A stretch of DNA of 64,000 nt from Patescibacteria group bacterium (GTDB lineage Bacteria > Patescibacteriota > Microgenomatia > 0-14-0-10-38-17), in contig JBMNVW010000002.1 of assembly GCA_050947035.1 (NCBI GenBank), positions 4,820 to 68,819 of the forward strand. The letters are read 5' to 3'. The notes under the pieces are model-generated. The model had not been told where the DNA came from, ran no database searches, and saw only the letters and a list, made by a program, of their open reading frames with translations. A program made the position numbers and the translations under genes. Of this stretch, positions 29,961 to 40,059 are shown piece by piece; position 1 is the first letter of the stretch; each line of letters starts with the position of its first letter.

Positions 29961-30809
29961 TTAACTGTCTTTACTCAGATATCGACAATATTTAGGCCAA
30001 AAGCGAAGTTTCTTTTTGGCCCATGGACCAGCATAATCAACTCCAACTCTCGGACCGGAATTTATTTTTTCCTCCGGTATTTTTTTGCCTTTTGCTAACC
30101 AGATCTTTTCTGATAAAACCAAATCCAAACCGTCGTGTTTTTGATCAATCTTTAAAAAAGAGGTTAGTTTTCCCGGGCCAACAGCAACCTTGCCCTTACC
30201 GCCAACAACAGGTTTTAACGAGCGAATTAAAACTGCTCCTGCTTTTCCTTTTTGATGGGCAACAACATTAAACATTTGATGTTGACCATAAATTAAATAA
30301 ATATAAGCCTGCCCTGGAGGGGAATACATCATTTTTGATCGACCCTGATTACCAAACCGAGCATGCGAAGCCAGGTCTTTTTTTCCTAAATAGGCTTCGG
30401 TTTCAGTAATTTCACCGGCTCGCAACACTCGAAACTGATCCTGAACAACTAAAATTTTTCCTAACAGCTTTTTAGCCACCAATTGAGGAGAGTGAAGATA
30501 AAAGTCTCTGGAAAGGCGATTTTTGGTTAATTTTTCCCGCCAGTGAGCTTGTTTTAGCTGCCACATAAATAGCCCACCCAAATTGCTCCCCTTACCGCTT
30601 TCCAATACTTGGTGCTTTATTCTTTCCAGCCTGGCGCGGGGTTCTTCCTTGGCTAACTTCATATAGAGAGCCTTGTGTTTTAGATCGCCCAAACTTTTAG
30701 CTAAATCATAGCCATATTTTTGGAATTCTCGGGAAATATACTTGTCCTCTTCTTTATCGAATCTTTTTAAAACGTCACTAATGGGGGTGAAATCGCCAAA
30801 TTTATTCAT
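29961..30809 (-). CDS. DNA-3-methyladenine glycosylase (MPG/AAG family) with an extra N-terminal domain of about 85 aa.
   Basis: MPG core: LVAKKLLGKILV...RAGEITETEAYLG...ASHA...MMYSPPGQAYIYLIYGQHQMFNVV...AVLIRSLKP. Confidence 0.75.
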   Translation of the reverse strand: MNKFGDFTPISDVLKRFDKEEDKYISREFQKYGYDLAKSLGDLKHKALYMKLAKEEPRARLERIKHQVLESGKGSNLGGLFMWQLKQAHWREKLTKNRLSRDFYLHSPQLVAKKLLGKILVVQDQFRVLRAGEITETEAYLGKKDLASHARFGNQGRSKMMYSPPGQAYIYLIYGQHQMFNVVAHQKGKAGAVLIRSLKPVVGGKGKVAVGPGKLTSFLKIDQKHDGLDLVLSEKIWLAKGKKIPEEKINSGPRVGVDYAGPWAKKKLRFWPKYCRYLSKDS

Positions 30810-30967
30810 AATAAAAGATACCCACGGGCAAAGCCCGTGGTTTTCGCCTTTCTTGAAATAAAGTACACAAATCTAACGGATTAGAAACGAATTTCACGAA
30901 ACACTAATTGTGTGTTTCCGATCCTTATAGTGATTTATTATTACTCTCAATTTCAAAAAACTAATAA

Positions 30968-31552
30968 TTAGTTTTGTCCACTATCCACCTTTGTCTTGGT
31001 CCCTCTAAATTTCTCCGTTCCATTTTTAATCGCCAAAACCAATTGCTTAGCCACCTCTTCTGTCACCTTTTTTAAAGAATTTCTTTCCTCTTGGGAAAAT
31101 TTTTCTAAAACAAAATCGGCCATCTTCCCTTCCTTTTCACTTTCCTCTGGCCGGCCAATACCAACTCTGGCTCGCCAAAAATCTTTAGTCCCTAAAGCTT
31201 CTATAACCGATTCCACTCCCCGATGACCAGCCGAACCCCGATTTTTATCAATTCTTATTTCGCCAAAACCAAGGTCTAAATCATCATTAACGAGTAACAA
31301 ATTATTAATATCAAGTTTATAAAAATCGACTAACTCTTTAACCGCTTGGCCGCTTAAATTCATAAAAGTTTGGGGTTTGGCTAACAAGAAGCCCTCGCCT
31401 CTTGCCTCCAAACAGCCAGTCTGAGAATTTTTTTGCCAACCTTTATTTGGGGAAATCTGGGGTAATAACTGATCTAGAACCAAGAAGCCAATATTATGTC
31501 TGGTTTCTTGATATTTCTCTTTCCAATTGCCTAAACCAACAATCGTCAACAT
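30968..31552 (-). CDS. pth: Peptidyl-tRNA hydrolase.
   Basis: The sequence MLTIVGLGNWKEKYQETRHNIGF...HRGVESV is the classic Pth signature. Confidence 0.9.
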   Translation of the reverse strand: MLTIVGLGNWKEKYQETRHNIGFLVLDQLLPQISPNKGWQKNSQTGCLEARGEGFLLAKPQTFMNLSGQAVKELVDFYKLDINNLLLVNDDLDLGFGEIRIDKNRGSAGHRGVESVIEALGTKDFWRARVGIGRPEESEKEGKMADFVLEKFSQEERNSLKKVTEEVAKQLVLAIKNGTEKFRGTKTKVDSGQN

Positions 31553-31570
31553 AAGGTTATTTTAGCATGG

Positions 31571-31643
31571 GTGGACCGTACCGGAATCGAACCGGTCACC
31601 TCACCCATGCGAAGGGTGCGCTCTACCAAATGAGCTAACGGCC
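31571..31643 (-). tRNA. tRNA-Ala (CGC); no CCA encoded.
   Basis: The reverse complement is GGGCCGTTAGCTCATTTGGTAGAGCGCACCCTTCGCATGGGTGAGGTGACCGGTTCGATTCCGGTACGGTCCA. It has the G3:U70 pair and anticodon CGC. Confidence 0.7.
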
Positions 31644-31735
31644 CGAAATTAATTTCCAATTTTCAATTTCCAATAAATAACTAATGTTTTAATTTACAAT
31701 GAAAATTTAATAATTTTAAAACTGAAACCCATTTT

Positions 31736-31845
31736 CGTCATTCCTGAAATATAGTCCAGAGAACCATCAGAATGTCTCCTGGGAAACGGCCGAGTCAAAC
31801 TCGGCTGCGTCGCCCAGCTGGTTTCCAAAACCAGCTGGTCTCCTT
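31736..31845. repeat. Hairpin-rich family-A-related element between the two tRNAs.
   Basis: It contains cgtcattcctga...atcagaatg and the palindrome cccagctggtttccaaaaccagctgg. Confidence 0.5.
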
Positions 31846-31932
31846 GTGCCGCGGGAGGGATTTGAACCCACAAGATGGGGATACCATCACAGGTTTTTGA
31901 GACCTGCGTGTTTGCCAATTTCACCACCGCGG
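31846..31932 (-). tRNA. tRNA-Leu (CAA) with a long variable arm.
   Basis: The reverse complement is GCCGCGGTGGTGAAATTGGCAAACACGCAGGTCTCAAAAACCTGTGATGGTATCCCCATCTTGTGGGTTCAAATCCCTCCCGCGGCA. Confidence 0.7.
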
Positions 31933-31995
31933 CTAACTTAGTCTTTAGTCGTTAGACCTTAGACTTTAGCAGCTTAAAAAACCAACCTAATTATA

Positions 31996-32625
31996 TCACT
32001 CCCGGACAGCTAATATTCTTTTTACCTCTTCGTTGCTAACTTGATCAAAATTTTCATAAAACTGACTAACAGAAAAAAATAATTTGGGAGCCTTAAGGTA
32101 AATCACTCGATCAGCTTCTTTTTTAATTTTCTCCAAGGCCGCAGAAGAAATCACCGGCACGGCCACAATTACCTCATCGGGGTTTTCTTTTTTTACCTGC
32201 CTAATAGCAGCAATAATTGTTGCTCCCGTAGCCACCCCATCATCAACAATAACCACTTTTTTATTTACCAAAGAAGGCCAAGGCCAAGAAGAAAAAAATT
32301 TTTTTCTTCTTTTAACCTGGGCTACTCTTAAATCTATTTCTTGATTAAGATAACCTTGATCAATATTTAATTGGTCAATAAGCTCTTCGTTTAAAAAAAC
32401 TGAAGACCCGTCTTCTCCTACCGCCCCAATGGCTAATTCTTCGTTTTGAGGAGCAGAAAGTTTTTTAGTAATAACCACCAATAGAGGCCAACTAAGCTCT
32501 TGGTTTATCGAACTGCCAACAACTACCCCACCTCGAGGAATAGCCAAGAGAATAGCTTTATTTATTTTTTCCAAAACTAATTTTTGGGCCAACAGGCGAC
32601 CGGCCTCAAGTCGAGAAGAAAACAT
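31996..32625 (-). CDS. Predicted phosphoribosyltransferase.
   Basis: The PRPP-binding motif VVIVDDGVATGATIIAA. Confidence 0.7.
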   Translation of the reverse strand: MFSSRLEAGRLLAQKLVLEKINKAILLAIPRGGVVVGSSINQELSWPLLVVITKKLSAPQNEELAIGAVGEDGSSVFLNEELIDQLNIDQGYLNQEIDLRVAQVKRRKKFFSSWPWPSLVNKKVVIVDDGVATGATIIAAIRQVKKENPDEVIVAVPVISSAALEKIKKEADRVIYLKAPKLFFSVSQFYENFDQVSNEEVKRILAVRE

Positions 32626-32637
32626 AATAAGTATAAA

Positions 32638-32973
32638 CTACTTTTTATCTAACTTAGCTAATTTTCCCAAAACAAAATCCACTACCCAGGGAATTTTATA
32701 CTCCTCTCCCCGATAGGCTTTAACAATCAAAAAAAGCCAACCAGCAAAAAAAAGAATATTCCAAGAGGGCAACAATATCGCCCAACCCAAAACAGGAATT
32801 AAGCCAAGCAGACCGTTTCCTAAAGCAAAAATTAAACATAAAATTAACGCCTGTTTCGAATGAAAGATAACTAAAGAAGAGGTCTCTTTGGTTGCTAAAA
32901 AATAAATTGCCGGAAAAAATAAATAAGCAAGAACCGCTCTCTGCCGTTCTGTTTCATTTTTAATAGTTGTCAT
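32638..32973 (-). CDS. Small membrane protein.
   Basis: Three transmembrane segments. Confidence 0.4.
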   Translation of the reverse strand: MTTIKNETERQRAVLAYLFFPAIYFLATKETSSLVIFHSKQALILCLIFALGNGLLGLIPVLGWAILLPSWNILFFAGWLFLIVKAYRGEEYKIPWVVDFVLGKLAKLDKK

Positions 32974-33054
32974 TTTTTCACCTCCTTTATAAAAAAATTG
33001 TGTTTTCCGACCCTTGGGGTCGAATAGCTTCGGACCTATGGATCTAAAAGTTGC

Positions 33055-33942
33055 CTAGCCTAGGATTACCAGTAAAGAGAAAAAAAAGTAAAGCAATAGA
33101 ATCGCTCCTTCTCTTTTGTTAATCTCTTTTTTAGACCAAGAAAAAAAGTAAAAAAGAGCAAAACCAAACAAAAATAAAAGCACTGATCTAAGATAGCCTG
33201 TTAAGCTAACAACCTTAAAGGGAGACAAAAAAGCCATTAATCCCAAAATAATTGTGGTGTTAAAAACTAAAGGTATCAATAACCCGTCAAGGAAAACCAG
33301 GGGCTTTTTTTTCGTCAGTTCTAGATTAACTAAAACTTCCGGTAAACTAACTATTAAAGCTAGGGGCAATAACCCTAAGTTAAACAAAGATAGATTAATT
33401 TCTAAAGAGAAAAGGGCTAATAAAGATAATAGGAAAAAAATTATCGATAATAAAAATCCTAAAATCATCTGCCAATTAGCTTCGGGCCTTCTTTTCGTTA
33501 CCGCCTTGTAAGCCAAAAACGGCAAACGCCAGCGCCAGCCAAATAAGGCTGCCCCCACTATTAATAAGACTAAGCCCTCACTCTTGGAAAGTTGAAAATC
33601 TTTTAAAAAAATTAATGGCAAGGCAACAATTAAAAAAACGGCCAAAAAATCAAGCCGCAAATTTTTCACTTTCACCCTAACCTTATTCTTAAAAATTGCC
33701 ACCAAACCAGGAATAAGTAAAAAACTAATCAAGTTAACCCCCATAATCAAGCCTAAAACTGCTTCTCCCCAAGAAGAAAAGGCCAATAGCAAAACTAAAA
33801 AAACTTCCGGAGCAACCATTAATAGAAAAAGCCCCGACTCCAGGCTTACTTTTTTTCTTTTCTTGGGCGAAACCAACAAAAAAAGCGACCAAGAAAAAAA
33901 CAAAACAAATAAAAATAAAACAATAAACTGATTTAAAAACAT
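33055..33942 (-). CDS. Polytopic membrane protein; a weak SLPE motif hints at a CaCA-type cation antiporter.
   Basis: Eight to ten transmembrane segments. SLPEVLVNL resembles the G(S/T)SLPE alpha-repeat motif. Confidence 0.35.
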   Translation of the reverse strand: MFLNQFIVLFLFVLFFSWSLFLLVSPKKRKKVSLESGLFLLMVAPEVFLVLLLAFSSWGEAVLGLIMGVNLISFLLIPGLVAIFKNKVRVKVKNLRLDFLAVFLIVALPLIFLKDFQLSKSEGLVLLIVGAALFGWRWRLPFLAYKAVTKRRPEANWQMILGFLLSIIFFLLSLLALFSLEINLSLFNLGLLPLALIVSLPEVLVNLELTKKKPLVFLDGLLIPLVFNTTIILGLMAFLSPFKVVSLTGYLRSVLLFLFGFALFYFFSWSKKEINKREGAILLLYFFFSLLVILG

Positions 33943-34024
33943 CTTAATAAAATTTCTAATTACTAATTACTAATTTCTAATTTTTATTCAATTCTTAATG
34001 AAATTATTGTTAGATTGTTAAATT

Positions 34025-34152
34025 GTCGGGATTCTTCGTCCGCCAGCCGGCGGATTCAGAATGACGGAAAAGAAAACTTGTCATTCTGAACCCTATGTGG
34101 TTCATGGGTTGAACTTTCGGGTTCGGGCACTCACATGGGAGTGTCCCTACTT
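34025..34152. repeat. Composite repeat downstream of the ligase gene: a partial family-A right arm followed by the family-C double hairpin.
   Basis: The family-A part is gtcgggattcttcgtccgccagccggcggattcagaatgacgg. It is followed by gaaccctatgtggttc and gggcactcacatgggagtgtccctactttt. Confidence 0.65.
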
Positions 34153-34213
34153 TTAACTTTAAATTTTTAATTGTCAATTGTTTTTTGGACTTTTAATTTT
34201 GAACTTTTAACTA

Positions 34214-36055
34214 TCAATTATTATTCTCCTGTATTTCCTTTAATTCTTCAAGTTCTCTTTTAGTTGTTGCTTGTTTGGGCAAGCGGTCAGAACGGAAACG
34301 AACTAAGCGAGGAAAGCGCAGGGCTAATCCAGCACTGTGTAAGGGAGAAACGGTGACGTTGTCCGCCTCAATTTCGACAACAATCTTCGGCTGACACCAA
34401 ATATCAGGGAAAAGATTCTTGTCGACTTTATAATTCTTTGGTTTTCTCTCAGCAATAGCCTGATCACAAAGAGATCTCATCTTTCGCCACTGGTCATCAG
34501 TTAACCCGGTACCAACCTTAGATACAGTCAAAAACCGATCGTCATCATATGTCTTTTTAATGCCCAGAAGGAAAGCCCCAATCCCAAATTCCGCCCGACG
34601 GCCTCGCCCTCGATAATACCCCATAACCACTCCATCAATAGTGTCAGAAAGGCCTCCTCCAGCTTTGCCTTTTTCCTGCTTAAATTTTACCCAAGTAAAG
34701 CCCCTCTTACCAACATCATAGGAACTGCGCCACTTTTTAACCACTACCCCCTCCAAACCTTTATTAATCTGCTTTTGATGATAAGTTTTTAATTCTTTCG
34801 GGTCATCAGTTAAAATCTGAGGAGATAGAAAGATTTTCTTTTTTTTGCCTTTTTGGGTAATCAGTTTTTTAAGAATTTTCCGCCTCTTATAAAAAGGGGT
34901 GTCAAGTAGACTTTGGCCATTAAAATATAAAATATCAAAACAATAATAACGAAGAGGGGTCTTGGCAATGGCTTCTTTAATCTGGTGTTTTCTTTTTCTT
35001 TGAATTGTTTTTTGAAAGGGTAGCAACTGGCCAGTCTTAGCATTATAGCCAATCACTTCTCCATCTAAAATTACACTCTTGGCCTCAATTTCTTTTTCTA
35101 TTCCTCGACTAATGTCAGGAAACATTTCGGCAATATCTTCCAGGCTTCTGGTAAACAACCAGGTTTTTAATTTTCCTTTTTGATGACGAAAATGAACTTG
35201 CAACCTGGTACCATCAAATTTAGGCTCCACGGCCACTAAATCATTATCATCATCTTCGGTAACCATTTTTTCAACCATTTCCTCAGCTCCAGATAGACGC
35301 TGGCAAAGGGCCAAATTAATAGGCACCCCCAAAGACACCGTCACTTTTTTTAATCCTGAAAGGCCATCTTCTTTGATAATTCGAGCAATATATCCAATAT
35401 CAGAATGAACGTTGTAGGCTGATTCAATTTCGTCTCTATGGCTTTTATCGCCTGATATTAGCCAGGAGAGGGCATCTAGAATAGTTAACTCAGAAAAACC
35501 AAGACGAAGACGACCAAGGGGAATACGAACCAAAAAACGCACCGACAGAGAGTCAATCGACTTTAATAAAGAAGCCATTAGAGCAACTTTTTGCTCCTGG
35601 CTCCCCTCTCCCCCTGAACAAGCAACAATCATCAAATAATCATAAATATCCTTAGTGCTTAAAGAAGATTTCTGTTTCAAGATTTTATCAGCCCGCGGGT
35701 CAATTGGGTCAATAGCAAGATCATCAAAAAGTCGATTGTCAAGTTGCTTTTGGCCTTTTTCTTTTAGGGTTTGGGCCACTGTTCCTAAATCGCCAACCGT
35801 TTTATACATCTGTCTGACTTCTTTTTGGGTAAAACCAAAAGAAGCCGACAACACCCTAATCATCATCTTGTCTGCTAAATCAAACTCTATCCTCTGATGA
35901 GGCGGAGCCAAATAACCCAAAATTAAATAACAAAGCTTATCGATCTGATCAGAGACTGCTTCCCGAAAAAGATCAGCCAAAATTTGAGTAATCTCCAAAC
36001 GAGAATCAGTTTTCTCTAATTTTTCTAAATAAACAGCTAAATCTTTAAATTTCAT
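34214..36055 (-). CDS. ATP-dependent DNA ligase (archaeal/eukaryotic LigB type).
   Basis: Adenylation motif I VEPKFDGTRLQVH, an OB-fold region, and a length of 613 aa. Confidence 0.85.
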   Translation of the reverse strand: MKFKDLAVYLEKLEKTDSRLEITQILADLFREAVSDQIDKLCYLILGYLAPPHQRIEFDLADKMMIRVLSASFGFTQKEVRQMYKTVGDLGTVAQTLKEKGQKQLDNRLFDDLAIDPIDPRADKILKQKSSLSTKDIYDYLMIVACSGGEGSQEQKVALMASLLKSIDSLSVRFLVRIPLGRLRLGFSELTILDALSWLISGDKSHRDEIESAYNVHSDIGYIARIIKEDGLSGLKKVTVSLGVPINLALCQRLSGAEEMVEKMVTEDDDNDLVAVEPKFDGTRLQVHFRHQKGKLKTWLFTRSLEDIAEMFPDISRGIEKEIEAKSVILDGEVIGYNAKTGQLLPFQKTIQRKRKHQIKEAIAKTPLRYYCFDILYFNGQSLLDTPFYKRRKILKKLITQKGKKKKIFLSPQILTDDPKELKTYHQKQINKGLEGVVVKKWRSSYDVGKRGFTWVKFKQEKGKAGGGLSDTIDGVVMGYYRGRGRRAEFGIGAFLLGIKKTYDDDRFLTVSKVGTGLTDDQWRKMRSLCDQAIAERKPKNYKVDKNLFPDIWCQPKIVVEIEADNVTVSPLHSAGLALRFPRLVRFRSDRLPKQATTKRELEELKEIQENNN

Positions 36056-36066
36056 AAAAAGTGTTT

Positions 36067-37146
36067 TTATCTTAAAATATATTTTGCTCCTTTGGTTTTG
36101 CCTACCTTTCTGATTACTTTCTTTTTCCGTAAATCCTGAAACTCTCTTAAAATTGTGTCTTCAGACACCATCGACAAAATTGACCGCGCCGCCGCCATAT
36201 CAATCCCGCCATGAGCATTAATATATTCCATCAACTTAACTTGGCGACTCGATAGGCTAATTTGTCTGCCCCCCAAGCGCTTTCTTAAACGTCCGTCAAC
36301 CGATAGCCGCTCTATTTCTTCCTTAATCCTTTCTAATTCTACCGATAAAGCTTGAGAAAAAAATTCTAACCACTCAGTTAGGTCTCTTTTTTCTAAATTA
36401 CGAGATTGATCGGAAGTTTTTTTTAAAAAACTATAATAATCACCTAAGTTTTTATCAAAAAACTCCTCTAGAGAAAATAATCTTCTGATATCGTAGCCTT
36501 CGGCAAATAAAATCAGGTTGGCAAAGGCTCGAGAAGTTCGGCCATTGCCTTCCACAAAAGGATGAATGGCCACTAAAATATAATGGGAAATTCCTGCTCG
36601 TAAAACTGGATGCAAATCCCGACCCTCCTTAGAGTTTAAGAATTTAAAAAAGGAGGTAACTAAGTAGGGAACCTCCACTGCTGGTGGAGCCCGAAAAACA
36701 ACTGCTCCCGAAAGAGAGCGAACAACCACCTGATTTTTGCGATATTCTCCCGATTTTTCTGGTTCTAAAATTCTCTTAGCCACTAATTGATGAATTTTTT
36801 TTAAATCCTCCTTTTGATAAAAAATCTCTTTATTCTTTCTAGTTTTTTTCTTATCAATTAGCTCCTCAATAAAATCAACCACGTTTCGATAATTTATTAC
36901 CTCCTGGACATCTCTCTTCCCGGCTAAAATATCTTCTCCGGCCATAACCTGAGCCGCCTGAGATAAGGATAATTCATTACCCTCAATTCGCGTACCAAAA
37001 TGAACCGTCCTTAAGACCGCATCTTCCTGAAAACTTTTCTCATAAGAAGGAATTAACGGTGCCCGATCAATCACCGCTCGAGATGCCTCGATATGGCCAA
37101 TATTTGTCAAGATCTTTGGTGAGATGGTAAATTTAGGATAGAACAA
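36067..37146 (-). CDS. Fic-family AMPylase (COG3177-like) with a C-terminal winged helix-turn-helix domain.
   Basis: Canonical Fic motif HPFVEGNGRTSRAFANLIL and an N-terminal TRIEGN inhibitory-helix-like segment. It lies 11 bp upstream of the ligase gene on the same strand. Confidence 0.85.
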   Translation of the reverse strand: MFYPKFTISPKILTNIGHIEASRAVIDRAPLIPSYEKSFQEDAVLRTVHFGTRIEGNELSLSQAAQVMAGEDILAGKRDVQEVINYRNVVDFIEELIDKKKTRKNKEIFYQKEDLKKIHQLVAKRILEPEKSGEYRKNQVVVRSLSGAVVFRAPPAVEVPYLVTSFFKFLNSKEGRDLHPVLRAGISHYILVAIHPFVEGNGRTSRAFANLILFAEGYDIRRLFSLEEFFDKNLGDYYSFLKKTSDQSRNLEKRDLTEWLEFFSQALSVELERIKEEIERLSVDGRLRKRLGGRQISLSSRQVKLMEYINAHGGIDMAAARSILSMVSEDTILREFQDLRKKKVIRKVGKTKGAKYILR

Positions 37147-37341
37147 GAGAAAATAGGTTAATTATTAACTACCTTCAGTATGTTGAATAATCTTTTAAAC
37201 ATTGAAATAGCCAAGCTTTAATATTGTTATATTGTTTCATTGCTAAATTGTTATTGAGCAAAACAAACGCAAAAAAAACAATCTAACAATACAACAATTA
37301 AACAATGTCTTTGTCTTAATTATAGTATAATAATAGGCATC

Positions 37342-37728
37342 ATGGTTAAAGAAAGAAAAAAAGAAACCGGCAAAGAAAACTTGACCGAAGAAGATACTCT
37401 CAAAATCCCCTTCTTGCCCGAACATCTCGATGAGCCCCACGAAATTAAAAATAAACTTCAAAAAGAACTGGAAGAATTTCAAAAAACCTTTATTAATGAG
37501 TTGGCCGGCCTTATTAGTTCTGCCTTTGGCTTATTGGCCGCCTTGGCCTGGCGTGGTGTTATCAAAGAGTTTGTTGAAGTTTATGTTAAAAGGCTATTAG
37601 GCGAAACGTCGGGCATGATTTCGGAGCTTATTTTTGCTCTTATCATTACTATCTTGGCTGTTGTGGTTACTTGGCGAATGACCAAACTAAAAAAGAAATT
37701 CTTTAGTAAAAAAAACAAAAAGAGATAA
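37342..37728 (+). CDS. Small protein with one transmembrane helix and a Lys-rich tail.
   Basis: The ORF has a hydrophobic stretch (LIFALIITILAVVVTW). It is probably co-transcribed with the downstream PBP gene. Confidence 0.4.
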   Translation: MVKERKKETGKENLTEEDTLKIPFLPEHLDEPHEIKNKLQKELEEFQKTFINELAGLISSAFGLLAALAWRGVIKEFVEVYVKRLLGETSGMISELIFALIITILAVVVTWRMTKLKKKFFSKKNKKR

Positions 37729-37781
37729 ACTTTCCTCTTCTTATTTACTTATTTTTTTTCTTTCTTTAATCAAAATAATTT

Positions 37782-40049
37782 ATGAAAAAGAAAAAAATTC
37801 CCATAATCAAAAAAATAACTTCTTTTTGGCCTTTAAAAACAAAAAGGAGCCAAAAATCCCGATCAAAAAAGAAAAAGAAAACAAAGAAAAAAACCAAACT
37901 CACCCCCACTAAAAAAAATGTCCTAATCAGCTTAGTTGTTGTTTCGACAATCCTGATAATTGCTTTTTATTTTTTAATTCTAAAAGACCTCCCCTCGCCA
38001 AAGGGTTTATCCCAAAACACCCCCTTTTCTACTTCAATATATGATCGCAACGGAAAATTGCTTTATGAAATTTATGTCGATAAAAATCGTCTTCCGATCA
38101 GGCTTGACCAGCTTCCCAACCATGTTAAAGAGGCTACCCTAGCCATTGAAGACCAAGATTTTTACCACCACTATGGTTTTTCTGTCCGGGGAATTGCTAG
38201 AGCTTTTTATAAAACTGTTTTTGGCCGCACCCTGCAAGGCGGCTCTACTATTACCCAACAACTAGTTAAAAATGCTCTGTTAACCCCGGAAAGAACCCTA
38301 ACAAGAAAAATAAAAGAAGCCTTGCTAACCGTAGTTACCGAAATAATTTATACCAAAGACGAAATATTAGAAATGTATTTTAATCAAACCCCCTATGGAG
38401 GAACGGCTTGGGGAATTGAAGCGGCTGCTCGTCGATATTTTGACAAACCCGCTTCTGAACTTAGTCTGGCTGAGGCGGCTCTTTTGGCGGGTTTGCCGGC
38501 TTCTCCGACCACTTATTCTCCTTTTGGCGCCCAACCGCAATTGGCAAAAAATCGTCAAGAATTAGTTCTTAATCGAATGATAGAAGTCGGTTTTATTTCT
38601 CAAGAAGAAGCCGATCAGGCCAAAGAAGAAGAGTTGGACTACGCCACCATAAAAGAACCAATTTTAGCCCCCCACTTTGTCATGTATGTCAAAGAGCAAT
38701 TGGTTGATATGTTTGGCCAAAAGCAAGTTGAGCAAGGTGGACTAAAAGTAACCACTTCTCTTGATTGGGAAATTCAAGAGGAGGCCCAAAAAATTGTTAA
38801 GGAAGAGGTCGAGGAGAGTCTCCAATACAATGTTACCAATGGCGCCGCTCTGGTCACCAATCCCAAAACAGGAGAAATTTTGGCTATGGTTGGCTCACGA
38901 GACTATTTTGATTCTGATCTTGGCGGCAACTTTAATGTTGTCACTAATGCTCTAAGACAGCCTGGTTCCTCAATTAAACCAATTAATTATGCTATTGCCC
39001 TTGATAAAGGAAAAATCACCGCCTCTACCCTTTTAATTGATGCTCCCACCTGTTTTATTCAAACCGGCCTTAAAACTTATTGTCCTAGCAATTACAACAA
39101 CAACTTTAACGGCCTTGTTCAAGCTCGCTTTGCTCTAGGTAATTCCTACAATATTCCCGCTGTCAAAGTTCTAGCTCTTAACGGCCTTGATATCTTTATT
39201 GAAGAGGCCAGAAAGTTTGGTATTACCACTTTTAATGATCCTAAAAATTATGGTTTATCTCTAACCTTAGGAGGCGGAGAAATAAAAATGACCGATATGG
39301 CCACTGCCTTTGGGGTTTTGGCTAATTTGGGTGTCAAAAAAGATTTGGTCGCCCTACTAGAAGTAACCGACAAAAACGGCCAAATTCTTCTTGATAATCA
39401 AGATGTTCTCGGCCAAGTTGGCCAAAGAGTTATTAGTAAAGAAGCCGCTTATATTACTTCTCATATTTTACTTGATAACGGCGCTCGAAGCGCTGTTTTT
39501 GGCCCTTATTCTTACTTGGTTGTTAAAAACCACCCGGAAGTATCAGTTAAAACTGGCACCACCAATAACCTGCGAGACAATTGGACCATTGGTTATAATC
39601 CGTCCCGATTGGTAGCGGTTTGGATTGGCAACAATGACAATACTCCGATGAGAAGTGTTTCTTCCGGAGCAATTGGCGCCTCTTCTATTTGGAATAGAAT
39701 TATCACCTTTGCTTTTGAAAAAGACGAACTGCCTGAAGAATGGCCCTCTAAGCCGGAAAATGTTATCGGTGCCTCCGTTTGTTCTTTATCAGGTAATTTG
39801 CCGGGAGAATCAGGCTGTGAAACCAGGTTTGAATACTTTATAAAGGGGCAGTTGCCAGCTGTTGAAGAAAGTAAAATAGAAACAGTTCTCATTAATAATG
39901 ATACTGGTGCCCTAGTCAAACCCGGAGAAGAAGCAGAAAACGTTGAGCATCAAGAAAAAAATATTATTCGTGACCCATTGGGAGCGATTTTTTGCCTAGA
40001 TTGTCCTAATTCTGGCCAACCCGATCTAATTCATTATCCCCTAAGATAG
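37782..40049 (+). CDS. Class A penicillin-binding protein (bifunctional glycosyltransferase/transpeptidase, PBP1A-like).
   Basis: GT51 motifs (EDQDFYHHYG, GGSTITQQLVKN) and transpeptidase motifs (SSIKP, SYN, KTGTT). It has a Lys-rich N-terminal tail and a transmembrane anchor. Confidence 0.9.
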   Translation: MKKKKIPIIKKITSFWPLKTKRSQKSRSKKKKKTKKKTKLTPTKKNVLISLVVVSTILIIAFYFLILKDLPSPKGLSQNTPFSTSIYDRNGKLLYEIYVDKNRLPIRLDQLPNHVKEATLAIEDQDFYHHYGFSVRGIARAFYKTVFGRTLQGGSTITQQLVKNALLTPERTLTRKIKEALLTVVTEIIYTKDEILEMYFNQTPYGGTAWGIEAAARRYFDKPASELSLAEAALLAGLPASPTTYSPFGAQPQLAKNRQELVLNRMIEVGFISQEEADQAKEEELDYATIKEPILAPHFVMYVKEQLVDMFGQKQVEQGGLKVTTSLDWEIQEEAQKIVKEEVEESLQYNVTNGAALVTNPKTGEILAMVGSRDYFDSDLGGNFNVVTNALRQPGSSIKPINYAIALDKGKITASTLLIDAPTCFIQTGLKTYCPSNYNNNFNGLVQARFALGNSYNIPAVKVLALNGLDIFIEEARKFGITTFNDPKNYGLSLTLGGGEIKMTDMATAFGVLANLGVKKDLVALLEVTDKNGQILLDNQDVLGQVGQRVISKEAAYITSHILLDNGARSAVFGPYSYLVVKNHPEVSVKTGTTNNLRDNWTIGYNPSRLVAVWIGNNDNTPMRSVSSGAIGASSIWNRIITFAFEKDELPEEWPSKPENVIGASVCSLSGNLPGESGCETRFEYFIKGQLPAVEESKIETVLINNDTGALVKPGEEAENVEHQEKNIIRDPLGAIFCLDCPNSGQPDLIHYPLR

Positions 40050-40059
40050 ATTCCTTTCC

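Noticed and set aside
31694-31927. 77-aa minus-strand ORF.
   Set aside because: It overlaps tRNA-Leu and the palindromic repeat. Spurious.
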